From a virus, in IMG/VR virus record IMGVR_UViG_3300034198_015569, positions 1 to 64,000 of that record: a DNA stretch of 64,000 bases; one strand, given 5' to 3'. The position numbers were made by a program, and so were the translations under genes. The notes under the pieces are model-generated. The model was not told where the DNA came from. It searched no databases and saw nothing but the letters and a program-made list of their open reading frames with translations. Positions 51,335 to 61,121 of this stretch are shown one piece after another. Position 1 is the stretch's first letter. Each line of letters opens with the position of its first letter.

Positions 51335-53011
51335 ATGACTAACACTGGCGCCGCCAAGCTTCGTGAAACCCGAGCCGTTGACACGGTTCTGACTGAAGCT
51401 GTTCGCAATCGTACCCGCACTGCTACTCGTGAAACTGCAAATGAGGCTGATAGTCGATTTGCTAGTATTCAGACGAATACATTTCATCAAATTATGTTTG
51501 CTCGCGATCTGTCTCCCGAGGCAAAGAAGGATGCCATGACACAGGCAATTTCCTTCATTGGAACCAAAGAAGAAACCCGCACCCGAATCGCTGAATATGA
51601 ACTGTTTAAGGAATTTCTACAGTCCAAGCGTGAGGAGATGGAAGTTCAAATTATGAAGCTTACGGACACTGAAGCTTATAGCGAGCTTAAGTCCGTGATC
51701 GAAGGTCTCAATGGTGGAATGCTCGATTTCGAAGAGCGTATGACTCCTTTGATTGAAATTATTGACGCCATTTATGTTCTTCGTACCAATGGTCTTACTT
51801 ATGACGCATTTAAGGAAATTCGTGACGAACGAAATCTTGAAGATGAGTATAATGAAAAGCGTTCTGATATTACTACTCGTTTCAATACTTTGAATAATGA
51901 TATTACAAATCTTCAGAATGAAATTGCTACTCTTGGCGAACAAAAGAGTTTCTTCGGATTTGGTGGGGTGACACAGGAAGCTCGTGAGGCAATTTCACGC
52001 AAGAATCTAGAGCTTACTACGGCGCAGAATAACCTCGCCACACTTCAGTCTGAATTGATTGCTCTTAATGTTGAACGTGCGGAACGTCAGTCTAAGAATG
52101 GCGAATTCGCTGCGGAAAAAGCAAAGCTTCGTGAACTTCTGGATATTTCTTCGGATGACCATAAGGAACGTCAGAAGGGACTTGTAAGCTCCGCTCTTAA
52201 CTTCGTGACTGTGTCCAAGGAACGAATTGGTTCCATTCGTGACCATTTCGGTAAGATGGATAGCCAGATTGAAAATCTTGTGGATGCAAATTCCACCATG
52301 CTTAAGATTTACGCAATTATGGGCGAGGCTACCAAGGAAGCCGAACAGAAGAATCAGGAAATCCGTGCTTCTCTTGAAGCTCCCGAAGGCGATGAAAACA
52401 TGATCGCTAAGATTACTCGTGAAGAAAAGAAGATGGCTGTTGAGGAGCATATTGAGCTTCTTAATACCTCTACTGCTGATACCACGATGACCTTTGCGGA
52501 CCTGTCTTCCAAGGCCATTCGTATCAAGGGTATGAAGGATGCAAATTCTTCGCAGATGGCGAAGGTTCGCACCATGCATTCACAAGGTGTAGCTGGTATT
52601 GCTGATCGGCTGAACGTGGTGCTCCAGGCGGTTTCTGCCGCTGCGCTTGGCGAATCTTCTTCCATCGCCAAGGATACGCTCACTCGTATGACTGATAGCA
52701 CAAATAAGATTTCTCAAAAGGAATCTATCCGTCAGGCTATGTCTGGTGCAGAAATCAATGCCGACCTTGAGAAGGCTCTTGATGACCTTGACGCCTATGG
52801 TGAAGTCGTCCGTGCCGCCACTGACATTACCCGTGAAAATGTCACGGAAATGCGCAGCAAGCTTGATGAGCTTCAGAATCTTGCAAAGTCTGTGCAGGGT
52901 GATGTCAAGGAAGCCTATGCGGTGCACGCCGATGTTGGTATGGGCGAACAGAAGAAGGAAAAGGCTTCAACCAATTCTTCTTCCAATGATCCTTTCAACT
53001 TCGCGGCGTGA
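51335..53011 (+). CDS. long coiled-coil protein, unknown function
   Basis: 558 aa, helical heptad-rich, AGGAGA SD. Confidence 0.7.
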   Translation: MTNTGAAKLRETRAVDTVLTEAVRNRTRTATRETANEADSRFASIQTNTFHQIMFARDLSPEAKKDAMTQAISFIGTKEETRTRIAEYELFKEFLQSKREEMEVQIMKLTDTEAYSELKSVIEGLNGGMLDFEERMTPLIEIIDAIYVLRTNGLTYDAFKEIRDERNLEDEYNEKRSDITTRFNTLNNDITNLQNEIATLGEQKSFFGFGGVTQEAREAISRKNLELTTAQNNLATLQSELIALNVERAERQSKNGEFAAEKAKLRELLDISSDDHKERQKGLVSSALNFVTVSKERIGSIRDHFGKMDSQIENLVDANSTMLKIYAIMGEATKEAEQKNQEIRASLEAPEGDENMIAKITREEKKMAVEEHIELLNTSTADTTMTFADLSSKAIRIKGMKDANSSQMAKVRTMHSQGVAGIADRLNVVLQAVSAAALGESSSIAKDTLTRMTDSTNKISQKESIRQAMSGAEINADLEKALDDLDAYGEVVRAATDITRENVTEMRSKLDELQNLAKSVQGDVKEAYAVHADVGMGEQKKEKASTNSSSNDPFNFAA

Positions 53012-53275
53012 TTAAATGAAAACTATTATTAAAGCAAGTGAGGCGCCTTTGGCGCCTTACTATGCAATCTGTTTCGAAGAACAATATGTAGAAAAAAATG
53101 ATTACTATTATGACAATAGTATTAATCATAAGATCAAATTCAATTATCAAGCCTATTTTGATAAAAAGGAATGGGAACATGATATTGAAATTTACACTAT
53201 TAAAAATATGAAATTCTTCGCATTCCAAGCAAATCCTGCAAAAGTAACAACTACTGTTAATGTGGAGATTACACT

Positions 53276-55423
53276 ATGAAATATATGACAACTGGAACAG
53301 AATATCTTGCCGAAAAGCCAGATTTTAAATTGGTTGGTCGTGATGCGGAGCTTCAAGAACTTGCTTCAATTCTCATGCGAAATCGTGCTAATTCTGTTCT
53401 ATTGGTTGGTGCCGGTGGAGTTGGTTGCACGGCTCTTTGCCTTGGTCTCCAGGCTCTTAAGAATCAGCCAAATGTACCGTTCGATATCGTGTCTAAGCGT
53501 TTGTTTTGGCTGAACGTGGATGATCTTTTCTCTTCTGAAAATGCTGCGGCGGAATTCCAGAAGGTTTTGAACACACTTCGCAAGACTCCTGATTCTGTTC
53601 TTATTATCGAGGATACGAAGGATTTCATTGAAGCCGCTCGTAACAATGGTTCAACCAACTTTATCAACCCGCTTAATGCAGCGGTAAAGGATGGTTATAT
53701 ACAGGTTATCCTTGAAACCCGAGATGAGGATTTGGACCTGATTCTTAAATCACATTCCGATATGCGAGAATGCTACACGATGATGGACCTTGGGGAACCT
53801 ACTGGTGCTGCCCTTGAGGAAATCGTAAAGGTTTCTGCCGAATCGCTTTCTCGTTTCCATGGTATTAAGCTTGATCCGGCTGTTATTAAGGCTTCAATTG
53901 ATTTAACAAATAAGTATCGTACACAGGATTTGGGCCTTAATCGTGCTCAACCTGAACGCACTGTTACTTTGATTGATCGTGCTTTTGCTACTTATCGTTT
54001 GAATGCGCACAAGGCACCTCCTGGATTTAAGGAGCTTGAAGCAAAGTATAATGCAACAAATGATTCTTCCATTTATGAAGAATTGAGGTCTCGGTTTATG
54101 GTTTGGGAAGCGTCTCAGACAAAACTAAAGAATCTATTCCGTCTTCAGAGGCAGGCTGAAACTGCTATTGTGGAATTCGAAGAACAGATTGAAACTATTA
54201 AGAAGGAAGAGGAAGATCGCCGAAAGCGTGGTGATAATGTCACTGAAGGAAAGTTTAATGCGCTGAACCAACTTTCTTCAAATAATGGATTTGAAAGTGC
54301 TGCGGTAACAGAAATTCGCCAAAAGATTGAAGAATTGAATAAGGCTGCGGCTGCAAACAAGGCTGAATTTGAATCTGAAACGGCGAAGATCAATGAGCAT
54401 TTGATTTTGACGAATGATTTGATTGTTGCTGAATTTAGCAGCATTTCTGGAATTGATGTTTCCAAGCTGAACGAAGATGATCGTATTAAGCTGAAGAATT
54501 TGGCCGAAACTCTTAATCAAAGAATCTTTGGTCAACATGAAGCTGTGCGTCGTCTGTCTGACGCTGTGAAGGTGGCCCGCACGGGTAAGAAGATGAACAA
54601 TCGCCCGCAAGCTTCATTCATGTTCCTTGGCCCGTCTGGTGTGGGTAAGACTGAAATCGCCAAGGCTCTTGCTGTATCCTTGTTCGGAGATGAAGGCGCA
54701 TTGATGCGTTTTGATATGTCTGAATATATGGAAAAGCATGCTGTTGCTAAGATGATTGGTGCACCTCCTGGCTATGAAGGCTTTGAAGCTGGAGGTATTC
54801 TTACCAATGCAGCACGTAAGTTTCCTAATCGAATTTATCTATTTGATGAAATCGAGAAGGCACACCCTGACGTGTTCAATATCTTTCTTCAAATCCTTTC
54901 GGATGGTCGTTTGACTGATAACGTTGGCCGTACCGTGTCTTTTGCAGATGCGATTATTATTATGACTACCAATATTGGACAGCCGATTGCACTTGATCCC
55001 GATTTGACTTGGGAAGAGATTGAAGCGGGAATGAAGGAAGAACTTGATAAAACCTATCGTTCTGAATTCTTGAATCGTTTTGCTGGGCGACAGAATATTG
55101 TTTGTTTCAAGAAATTGGAACTTGAACATATTGAAAATATCGTTCGTAGGGAAATTAAGAATCTTAATATTACCTATGGTGAAATGGGTGTAGAGATTGA
55201 GATTTCTGATAAGAGCCTTAAAGCTTTTTGTCGTGATCATTATGACCCAAAAATTGGTGCCCGTGGTCTACCCGGTTACATCCAAGCTAATTTGGAGCCA
55301 ACCATTGTAAATACAATCCTTGACACGCCTGATGCTTCAGGTACAATGATTGTTGAATATAATGAAGCGACAAAAGCTTTTGATATTTCAATGAATATAA
55401 AAGAAAGTTTGGCTGCGGCCTGA
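53276..55423 (+). CDS. clpB: ClpB/Hsp100-like AAA+ protein lacking the N-domain, with degenerate NBD1
   Basis: LVGRD.EL; NBD1 GAGGVGCT; coiled-coil M-domain; NBD2 GPSGVGKT, RFDMSEYMEKH, FDEIEKAHPDVFN, GARGL. Confidence 0.85.
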   Translation: MKYMTTGTEYLAEKPDFKLVGRDAELQELASILMRNRANSVLLVGAGGVGCTALCLGLQALKNQPNVPFDIVSKRLFWLNVDDLFSSENAAAEFQKVLNTLRKTPDSVLIIEDTKDFIEAARNNGSTNFINPLNAAVKDGYIQVILETRDEDLDLILKSHSDMRECYTMMDLGEPTGAALEEIVKVSAESLSRFHGIKLDPAVIKASIDLTNKYRTQDLGLNRAQPERTVTLIDRAFATYRLNAHKAPPGFKELEAKYNATNDSSIYEELRSRFMVWEASQTKLKNLFRLQRQAETAIVEFEEQIETIKKEEEDRRKRGDNVTEGKFNALNQLSSNNGFESAAVTEIRQKIEELNKAAAANKAEFESETAKINEHLILTNDLIVAEFSSISGIDVSKLNEDDRIKLKNLAETLNQRIFGQHEAVRRLSDAVKVARTGKKMNNRPQASFMFLGPSGVGKTEIAKALAVSLFGDEGALMRFDMSEYMEKHAVAKMIGAPPGYEGFEAGGILTNAARKFPNRIYLFDEIEKAHPDVFNIFLQILSDGRLTDNVGRTVSFADAIIIMTTNIGQPIALDPDLTWEEIEAGMKEELDKTYRSEFLNRFAGRQNIVCFKKLELEHIENIVRREIKNLNITYGEMGVEIEISDKSLKAFCRDHYDPKIGARGLPGYIQANLEPTIVNTILDTPDASGTMIVEYNEATKAFDISMNIKESLAAA

Positions 55424-55433
55424 AAGGCAATGA

Positions 55434-56171
55434 ATGTCTGATTCTTTACTTGATAAGATGAAGCGATTGAATGATTCGGTTAATTCCAATTCATTCAATC
55501 GCCAGAAAACACACGATCAATCACGTATTGGTCGAATGCAAGATGATGTAACCAAGCTTCATCGCTTTTGGCTACAATTTACTTTTGCATGTTGGTGGGT
55601 TTGGACACGAATTCTTTTTCCTATTTTCAGATTTATGTCTAAACCAATGAGATGGGCATTTTATGCCTATCGTCATCTCTGGAGTATTGTAGTTTATACA
55701 CAGGATAAATATGGAGCACTTGTTTTTTCGAAGATGCGTGCTGGTATGTTTCTGACAGCAACTGTCATTATTCTTTATATGATGCCAGTTATTGCAAACC
55801 TGACATATGACACTACAATGTTTGCAGCCACGGTTGATTATGACGAAGAGGTTTATCTAACCAATTCTCAGGAAATCATTCCAGAATCAGACATTCATTC
55901 TGTCCAAGGTTGTAATAAACTTCCTTGCACTGATGATAATAGTATTTACTATCGTGTGAACCCGTCTTTGTTCAATCATATCTGGAGTTTTATTACCAAT
56001 AAGAATTGGTTTTTTCCAGATTATGTTGCGGCGGCTGTTCCTCCTGGCGTGAGTAAGTGTAAGATCACGTCATATGGAATTCGTATTAAGCTTCTGATTC
56101 GAAATGCGGATATATATCCCGACCTTCTGCAAGCGAGTTGTCAACCTATAAATACTGAAATTGGAAAATGA
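55434..56171 (+). CDS. membrane-anchored hypothetical protein
   Basis: Hydrophobic segments and a Cys-containing C-terminal domain. Confidence 0.65.
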   Translation: MSDSLLDKMKRLNDSVNSNSFNRQKTHDQSRIGRMQDDVTKLHRFWLQFTFACWWVWTRILFPIFRFMSKPMRWAFYAYRHLWSIVVYTQDKYGALVFSKMRAGMFLTATVIILYMMPVIANLTYDTTMFAATVDYDEEVYLTNSQEIIPESDIHSVQGCNKLPCTDDNSIYYRVNPSLFNHIWSFITNKNWFFPDYVAAAVPPGVSKCKITSYGIRIKLLIRNADIYPDLLQASCQPINTEIGK

Positions 56172-56550
56172 AATGAAATATGCTATAATTACAACGTTCT
56201 GTTTACTTTTTCTTGCTGCATGTGATTCGGATGCTAATGTTGCTTCCTATAATTTATCTAAAGCAGCGGACCAATTTGAAATCAATCGCAGAATTGTTTT
56301 CTATAATGGTATTACTGATAGTTATATGTTAACTATCGAGGGACTATGCTCATTGGGTAATGATGACAAGCCGGGACAACGCACAGTAACTTGTAAAGTT
56401 GGCCCCAATGCTTATAAAAAACATTATTTGGGTCTTTCCGATAATGTGACGTATTTTGCAGAACAACTTGAATCGGCACAGGTAAGTAAATACCATTATA
56501 AGGTTATTTTCAAACCTTCTGTCATTCTTCCCGATGTAGATTTAAAATGA
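56161..56550 (+). CDS. conserved phage lipoprotein
   Basis: LAAC lipobox; ASYNLSKAADQFEINRRIVFYNGITD...KHYLGLSDNVTYF; likely start 56173. Confidence 0.75.
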   Translation: MENEMKYAIITTFCLLFLAACDSDANVASYNLSKAADQFEINRRIVFYNGITDSYMLTIEGLCSLGNDDKPGQRTVTCKVGPNAYKKHYLGLSDNVTYFAEQLESAQVSKYHYKVIFKPSVILPDVDLK

Positions 56551-56615
56551 TCCTAGAAAATAATTTTCATTGACACCACAAAAAAGTTGATATAAAATTA
56601 TAAATCATTAAGTAT

Positions 56616-56691
56616 GATCCATTAGTTTAAGGGTAAAACACCGGGCTCTAATCCCGGAGATGACAGATACCAGCACTGTCATGGGTTGCCA
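56616..56691 (+). tRNA. amber-suppressor-type tRNA (CTA anticodon), atypical T-loop
   Basis: Perfect arm CCGGG-CTCTAAT-CCCGG; GATCCAT/ATGGGTT acceptor; GCCA end; TTGACA promoter at 56570. Confidence 0.75.
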
Positions 56692-56712
56692 ATGAAAATA
56701 AAAGGAAAGAAA

Positions 56713-56763
56713 ATGACCCTCTAGATTAAAAAGTATTAGATTCGTGGTCCCCCGTGTACCTAA
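56713..56763 (+). CDS. leader minigene with two in-frame TAG codons: MTL*IKKY*IRGPPCT
   Basis: ATG ACC CTC TAG ATT AAA AAG TAT TAG ATT CGT GGT CCC CCG TGT ACC TAA; AAAGGA SD. Confidence 0.55.
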
Positions 56764-56797
56764 TTGAACCAAATAAACAAAATTTAATTCAATTAGG
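56759..56797 (+). promoter_or_regulatory. SD-sequestering hairpin
   Basis: CCTAATTGAA (covers the leader stop) is the exact reverse complement of TTCAATTAGG (covers AGG of the AGGAGA SD of ORF 56809). Confidence 0.65.
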
Positions 56798-56808
56798 AGA
56801 ATACACAA

Positions 56809-57180
56809 ATGATTAACAACATCGAAAAGTACATTAATTCTAACCATCTTTACACTCAATATAACCTTGTGAGAAAGCAAGGCCAGCGTCTTATAGATGC
56901 AGCTACGGTAAATTCTAAAGAGGAATACCTAGCTTGGGTAAAGGATTGGAAAGAATCTATTAAGAACCTCGAATCTCATATTCGTTATTGTAAGTTTATG
57001 CGCAGTCCAGTACGTCAAGAAAATGATCCAAATAAGCCAGAAGGCTTCATAATTGATGCTGATCAATATTGTCGGTTTGCAAACGCATATGGACTTCTCG
57101 CTCATGAACTTTACAATAAGCGTGTTGAAATGAAAGAGGCTTCAATTGAAGCAAAGAAAAAGCTTCTAGAAGTAGCATAA
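56809..57180 (+). CDS. helical hypothetical protein (YL.WV..WK family), paralog A
   Basis: EEYLAWVKDWK...LYNKRVEMK. Confidence 0.75.
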   Translation: MINNIEKYINSNHLYTQYNLVRKQGQRLIDAATVNSKEEYLAWVKDWKESIKNLESHIRYCKFMRSPVRQENDPNKPEGFIIDADQYCRFANAYGLLAHELYNKRVEMKEASIEAKKKLLEVA

Positions 57181-57189
57181 GTAAAATTA

Positions 57190-57215
57190 GGAGGCTGGAA
57201 ATTAATCCAGCCTCC
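57190..57215 (+). terminator. hairpin / probable terminator
   Basis: GGAGGCTGGA/TCCAGCCTCC. Confidence 0.55.
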
Positions 57216-57261
57216 CTATTGAAATCTCATTTAGAATCATATATTGTGAAGGAGAAATTAA

Positions 57262-57609
57262 ATGCAGAAGTTTAATACGCAGCGTCAGCTTTCCAATTAT
57301 AAGAATAAGCATACTCATGAAGTAAATATCAATGAGTTGCGGAATAATATTCTTTATACAATTGCTCTAGCTGATGTTGATACTCGTGAGAAGTATCTAG
57401 AATGGGTTGAGGCATGGAAGAAGACGAACGTTGATCTTGTGAAGCTGATCAAGGCTTATAAGAAGAAGCGTCAGAATCTTTCGAATGATTCGGCTTCTAC
57501 CGAAGGAATTCTTGCTGAAGCTCGCTATCTCGCACAGTCTTTTTATGCGCAGCGTTATCGTATGAAGATTATGTCAATTCTTAATCAGGCTGATGATTTG
57601 GAAGTTTGA
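57262..57609 (+). CDS. helical hypothetical protein (YL.WV..WK family), paralog B
   Basis: EKYLEWVEAWK...FYAQRYRMK; AAGGAG SD. Confidence 0.75.
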   Translation: MQKFNTQRQLSNYKNKHTHEVNINELRNNILYTIALADVDTREKYLEWVEAWKKTNVDLVKLIKAYKKKRQNLSNDSASTEGILAEARYLAQSFYAQRYRMKIMSILNQADDLEV

Positions 57610-58016
57610 ATATAAATAAATTAGGATATTTGTTGAGTTTATTAAATTTATCGTCGGTTTCACAGGGAACAGTAGGTCTTGGATTTGCAATTGCTCATTA
57701 TGTAGCAGAAGGCAAAATAGTTTCCATTCCATTAAACGACAATCAAGATTATGATTTAGTTGTTGAAGAAAATGGGAAACTTAAAAAAGTTCAAGTCAAA
57801 ACATCTCGTGTGAAAGAGAACGGTAATTTTAGAGTCGAAATACGAAAAATTCGATCAAATAAAACAATAAATAAAGTAATAGAATTTAATAATACAACTT
57901 GTGATATTGTATTTGTATATTGTGATGATGGAACAAAATATTCAATACCATCTGATAAAATACATACAAAAACTACAATTGTATTAAATCAAAAGTTTAA
58001 TGAATTTAAACTTTAA
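57606..58016 (+). CDS. PD-(D/E)XK endonuclease (group I intron-associated-like family)
   Basis: VSIPLND.QDYDLVVE...KKVQVKT. Confidence 0.78.
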   Translation: MNINKLGYLLSLLNLSSVSQGTVGLGFAIAHYVAEGKIVSIPLNDNQDYDLVVEENGKLKKVQVKTSRVKENGNFRVEIRKIRSNKTINKVIEFNNTTCDIVFVYCDDGTKYSIPSDKIHTKTTIVLNQKFNEFKL

Positions 58017-58017
58017 T

Positions 58018-58110
58018 GGATACTGAACTTCACCAGCGTGGAGCCCGATCTTGAAAATCGGTGGAACCCCTAGTAAGGGTTTGGAGGGCAGCACTACCCG
58101 GTATCCGCCA
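58018..58110 (+). tRNA. tRNA-Ser(TGA), non-canonical D/T loops
   Basis: CCGAT-CTTGAAA-ATCGG; long variable arm; GCCA end. Confidence 0.72.
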
Positions 58111-58116
58111 ATTCTT

Positions 58117-58207
58117 GGAAAGTAAACCATACGGGGTATGGCACTGTTTGGAAAACAGTTGGAACCTTGAAAAAGTGTTTGCGGATCGAGACCGCTGCTT
58201 TCCTCCA
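58117..58207 (+). tRNA. tRNA-Ser(GGA)
   Basis: ACTGT-TTGGAAA-ACAGT; long variable arm; CCA. Confidence 0.75.
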
Positions 58208-58685
58208 TTTTTAAAATAATGAATAGGTGAAAATATGACTCTTACTGAACTTCACATTGAATGGGATAATCTATCTAAGTCTCGTCGTGAGACTGCTATT
58301 CGCTCATTGTTTGATGAGCTTCAGCGTGATCCAGAGCAATATGAAGATTTTATTTATGATATCCTGTCTCAAGCTGTTGATCTTGAGACCGATGATTATT
58401 TTGGAACTGAAGGCTTGAAAGTTTAATTTTTCTCTGTATAATTAACTCCTCATTAACTTAAAGGAGTTAAGAAAATGAATAATTTTTGGTTGGCATTTTT
58501 TCTCGCTGCGGGAATGACCTTTTGGTCAATCATCACATATATAGTTGTATATTTTCTAGTTGGATTGCTTGGAGTTGTACTCGCAATTATCATAATTTTT
58601 GGTATGTTTTTGCTGGTGTTGTGGCTATTGGCACATCTCATTATGGAGAGACCGATTCCCACTGAACCGTAAAAGTGGTCTAAAT

Positions 58686-58760
58686 GCTCCCTTAGCTCAG
58701 TGGTAGAGCGCTTCTATGACACGGAAGAAGTCGTATGTTCGATTCATACAGGGAGCACCA
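58686..58760 (+). tRNA. tRNA-Val(GAC)
   Basis: CTTCT-ATGACAC-GGAAG; canonical D and T arms; CCA. Confidence 0.85.
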
Positions 58761-59100
58761 TTAAGTTTTCTTTAACCATATACTATCGCACTGCAATAAC
58801 ATCATTGACAGCGAAGATAGCCATTGATACCTTCTCCTTACATTCAATCAAGGGGAGGCTTTAATGACCCATCTCTTTAAGAAGCTGTTTCGTAATGTGA
58901 TCAAGGGTTCGGTTGTGTTCGTTGGCTCTGGTATAATCGGAGCGGTTCTAATGTACACAATGTGGCTGATGCCCCTGGCGTATGCTGCTTTTTGGGGTTT
59001 CGTGGCTGTTCTCTATATCGGGTATCTCGTCTATGAAGTGAGAGAATGGCGGCATGGATGCTGCACACGGTACTGGAGTTAAAAAAATAATTGGAGGGTA

Positions 59101-59490
59101 ATGAACGTTAATCAAAAAGGAGTTAAGGGTTTAATCAAAATTATAGACCATTTAACAGATAAAAGCTGGTATTGTTTTCCAGCTTTTGATGATCATTCTC
59201 CAGTTGACTTGATAATTATGAATGAAGCTGGTAAGCTTATGAAACTCCAGATAAAATATAGGAGTCGCATACAAAGGTTCGTATCAGAAAGATATGAACT
59301 ACAAGCATCTTCCGTTGTCAACGGAAAACGAGTAGATATCAACAGGATTTTAATAGATGGTTGGGGTGTGTATCTTGAGGAAGCACAAAAAGTAGTTTTC
59401 ATCCATAAAAATTATTTAATTAATAAAAAAAGTTTTATTATTAATCCTAATATAAATTACTTATCTTTGGAAGAATGGCCGAGTGGTTGA
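59101..59490 (+). CDS. PD-(D/E)XK endonuclease-like protein
   Basis: KG..G...F...DDHSPVDLI.....KLQIKY; 3' end runs into tRNA-Ser. Confidence 0.65.
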   Translation: MNVNQKGVKGLIKIIDHLTDKSWYCFPAFDDHSPVDLIIMNEAGKLMKLQIKYRSRIQRFVSERYELQASSVVNGKRVDINRILIDGWGVYLEEAQKVVFIHKNYLINKKSFIINPNINYLSLEEWPSG

Positions 59491-59556
59491 TGGCGCTCCT
59501 TTGCTAAAGGAGTGTACGTAACAGTACCATGGGTTCGAATCCCATTTCTTCCGCCA
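59469..59556 (+). tRNA. tRNA-Ser(GCT)
   Basis: CTCCT-TTGCTAA-AGGAG; long variable arm; canonical T-arm; GCCA end. Confidence 0.9.
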
Positions 59557-59630
59557 AAATTCAAGTATAAAACCTGTTGACAACTCACTTCTTCGTGATA
59601 TACTTAGATAATGAACAATAAGAGAGATTA

Positions 59631-60167
59631 ATGACAGTATTTGTAACATCCGATACGCATTTTGGACATAAACGCATAATTGAACTTTGTAATCGTCCAT
59701 TTCCTTTAGAAGATAAAACTTTCGAAATGGATGAAGTTCTAATCAAAAACTGGAATGCTAAAGTCCGACCCAATGACACAATTTATCATTTGGGCGATTA
59801 TACCTATCATTATGATTCTGATTATCTCAGAGAACAGTTTGATAGGTTGAACGGACACAAATTCCTAATTGAAGGCAACCATGATCCCGCATACGTGAAG
59901 AATCTTCCGTGGGATGGTGTCTTTAAATACCAAGAAATTAAATACAATAAGAAAGTTTTTGTTCTTTTCCACTATCCGATTCTGGAATGGAATGGGTTTC
60001 ACAGAAACAAAGATGAATTGGTCTATATTCATTTACATGGACACATTCATTCGACTCCTTTAGACTCTAAATACCCGAAAATTCGGGGACGAATGGATGT
60101 AGGTGTTGATGCCAATGGTTTCACACCACTATCATTGGATGAAGTTATTCGATCCGTCGAATACTAA
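59631..60167 (+). CDS. calcineurin-like metallophosphoesterase
   Basis: SDTHFGH, HLGD, GNHD, HYP, HGHIH, DVGVD. Confidence 0.9.
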   Translation: MTVFVTSDTHFGHKRIIELCNRPFPLEDKTFEMDEVLIKNWNAKVRPNDTIYHLGDYTYHYDSDYLREQFDRLNGHKFLIEGNHDPAYVKNLPWDGVFKYQEIKYNKKVFVLFHYPILEWNGFHRNKDELVYIHLHGHIHSTPLDSKYPKIRGRMDVGVDANGFTPLSLDEVIRSVEY

Positions 60168-60285
60168 TTTGATGAAAGTAAAAAAGTTCAAATTAGTAGT
60201 TGACTTAAGGAGTTAACTCGAATAGACTACAGAACATAGGGGGAGTCAATACCGGAGGGGAATAACCTAACCGAAGGAGACTCAA

Positions 60286-60522
60286 ATGAACCGTGGTAAT
60301 ATCAGTGTGCAGGAAACGATGAAGGCTCTTCCGATGGGTGGTCGTATGACCGTCACGGGCGTGCCTCGCCAGCAGGCAGCACGAAATGATTTGATTAAAA
60401 AGATCGATCGTATCGGCAAGCTTGCGGCGGCCAACCATCAGGGAAAGGTTCCGGTGAAGTTCATTCAGCGGAATTCCCGAGGTGGTGGTATCGAAGTTTT
60501 CAAGGTCCGTGCTGGGGAATGA
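60286..60522 (+). CDS. small basic protein in a stand-alone early cassette
   Basis: TTGACT promoter at ~60200, AAGGAG SD, terminator downstream. Confidence 0.65.
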   Translation: MNRGNISVQETMKALPMGGRMTVTGVPRQQAARNDLIKKIDRIGKLAAANHQGKVPVKFIQRNSRGGGIEVFKVRAGE

Positions 60523-60562
60523 GCACAAATCGATTGATTTGATCGATTTGCAGGACACCTGA

Positions 60563-60593
60563 TAAGCCCGGCGAATAAAATCGCCGGGCTTTT
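60563..60593 (+). terminator. Rho-independent terminator
   Basis: AAGCCCGGCGA/TCGCCGGGCTT followed by Ts. Confidence 0.8.
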
Positions 60594-61052
60594 CTAACCA
60601 CAAAAAAAGGAAAAAATTCCTATACATTAAATATATGTTGGGGGAAAAATGTGTATTACGGAAATACCCACCAAATCAGAAAAGTTTGTAAAGGCACAAA
60701 TCATAAAGGCTGAAGAACTGGAAGATAGTTTGGACTCGGATGTTCCGGTGTATTTTGTAAATCCTCGATATAACAACACTGGCTTGTATATTTGTATCGG
60801 GGATAATGGAGAGTATGAAGTTTGGCGAGCAATTTTCTCGGAAGCAACCGAAGAAACTATAGAAGCAAATCTTATAGCTTCATTTCAAACCTTTACAGGA
60901 ATTCTCGAATCAGTCAATATGGAAATCAATCGTGGGTGGTTGTATTTCCATTAAATAATTAAAAGAGAAGATATAATAATCTTCTCTTTTAATGAAAAAT
61001 TGGATTTTGTATATAAATACACGTCCATGATTATAATTAAGTTAATTGAATT

Positions 61053-61100
61053 AGAACGATTTCAGCACTTAAACGCTTGGTATGCAAAAAAGTCGTTCTG
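61053..61100 (+). ncRNA. stem-RNA unit 1 (cargo: GC-TTGGTAT-GC mini-loop)
   Basis: AGAACGATTTCAGCA...AAGTCGTTCTG; late promoter TATAAATA at 61012. Confidence 0.65.
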
Positions 61101-61121
61101 TTAAACAAAAGGAATATTTAA

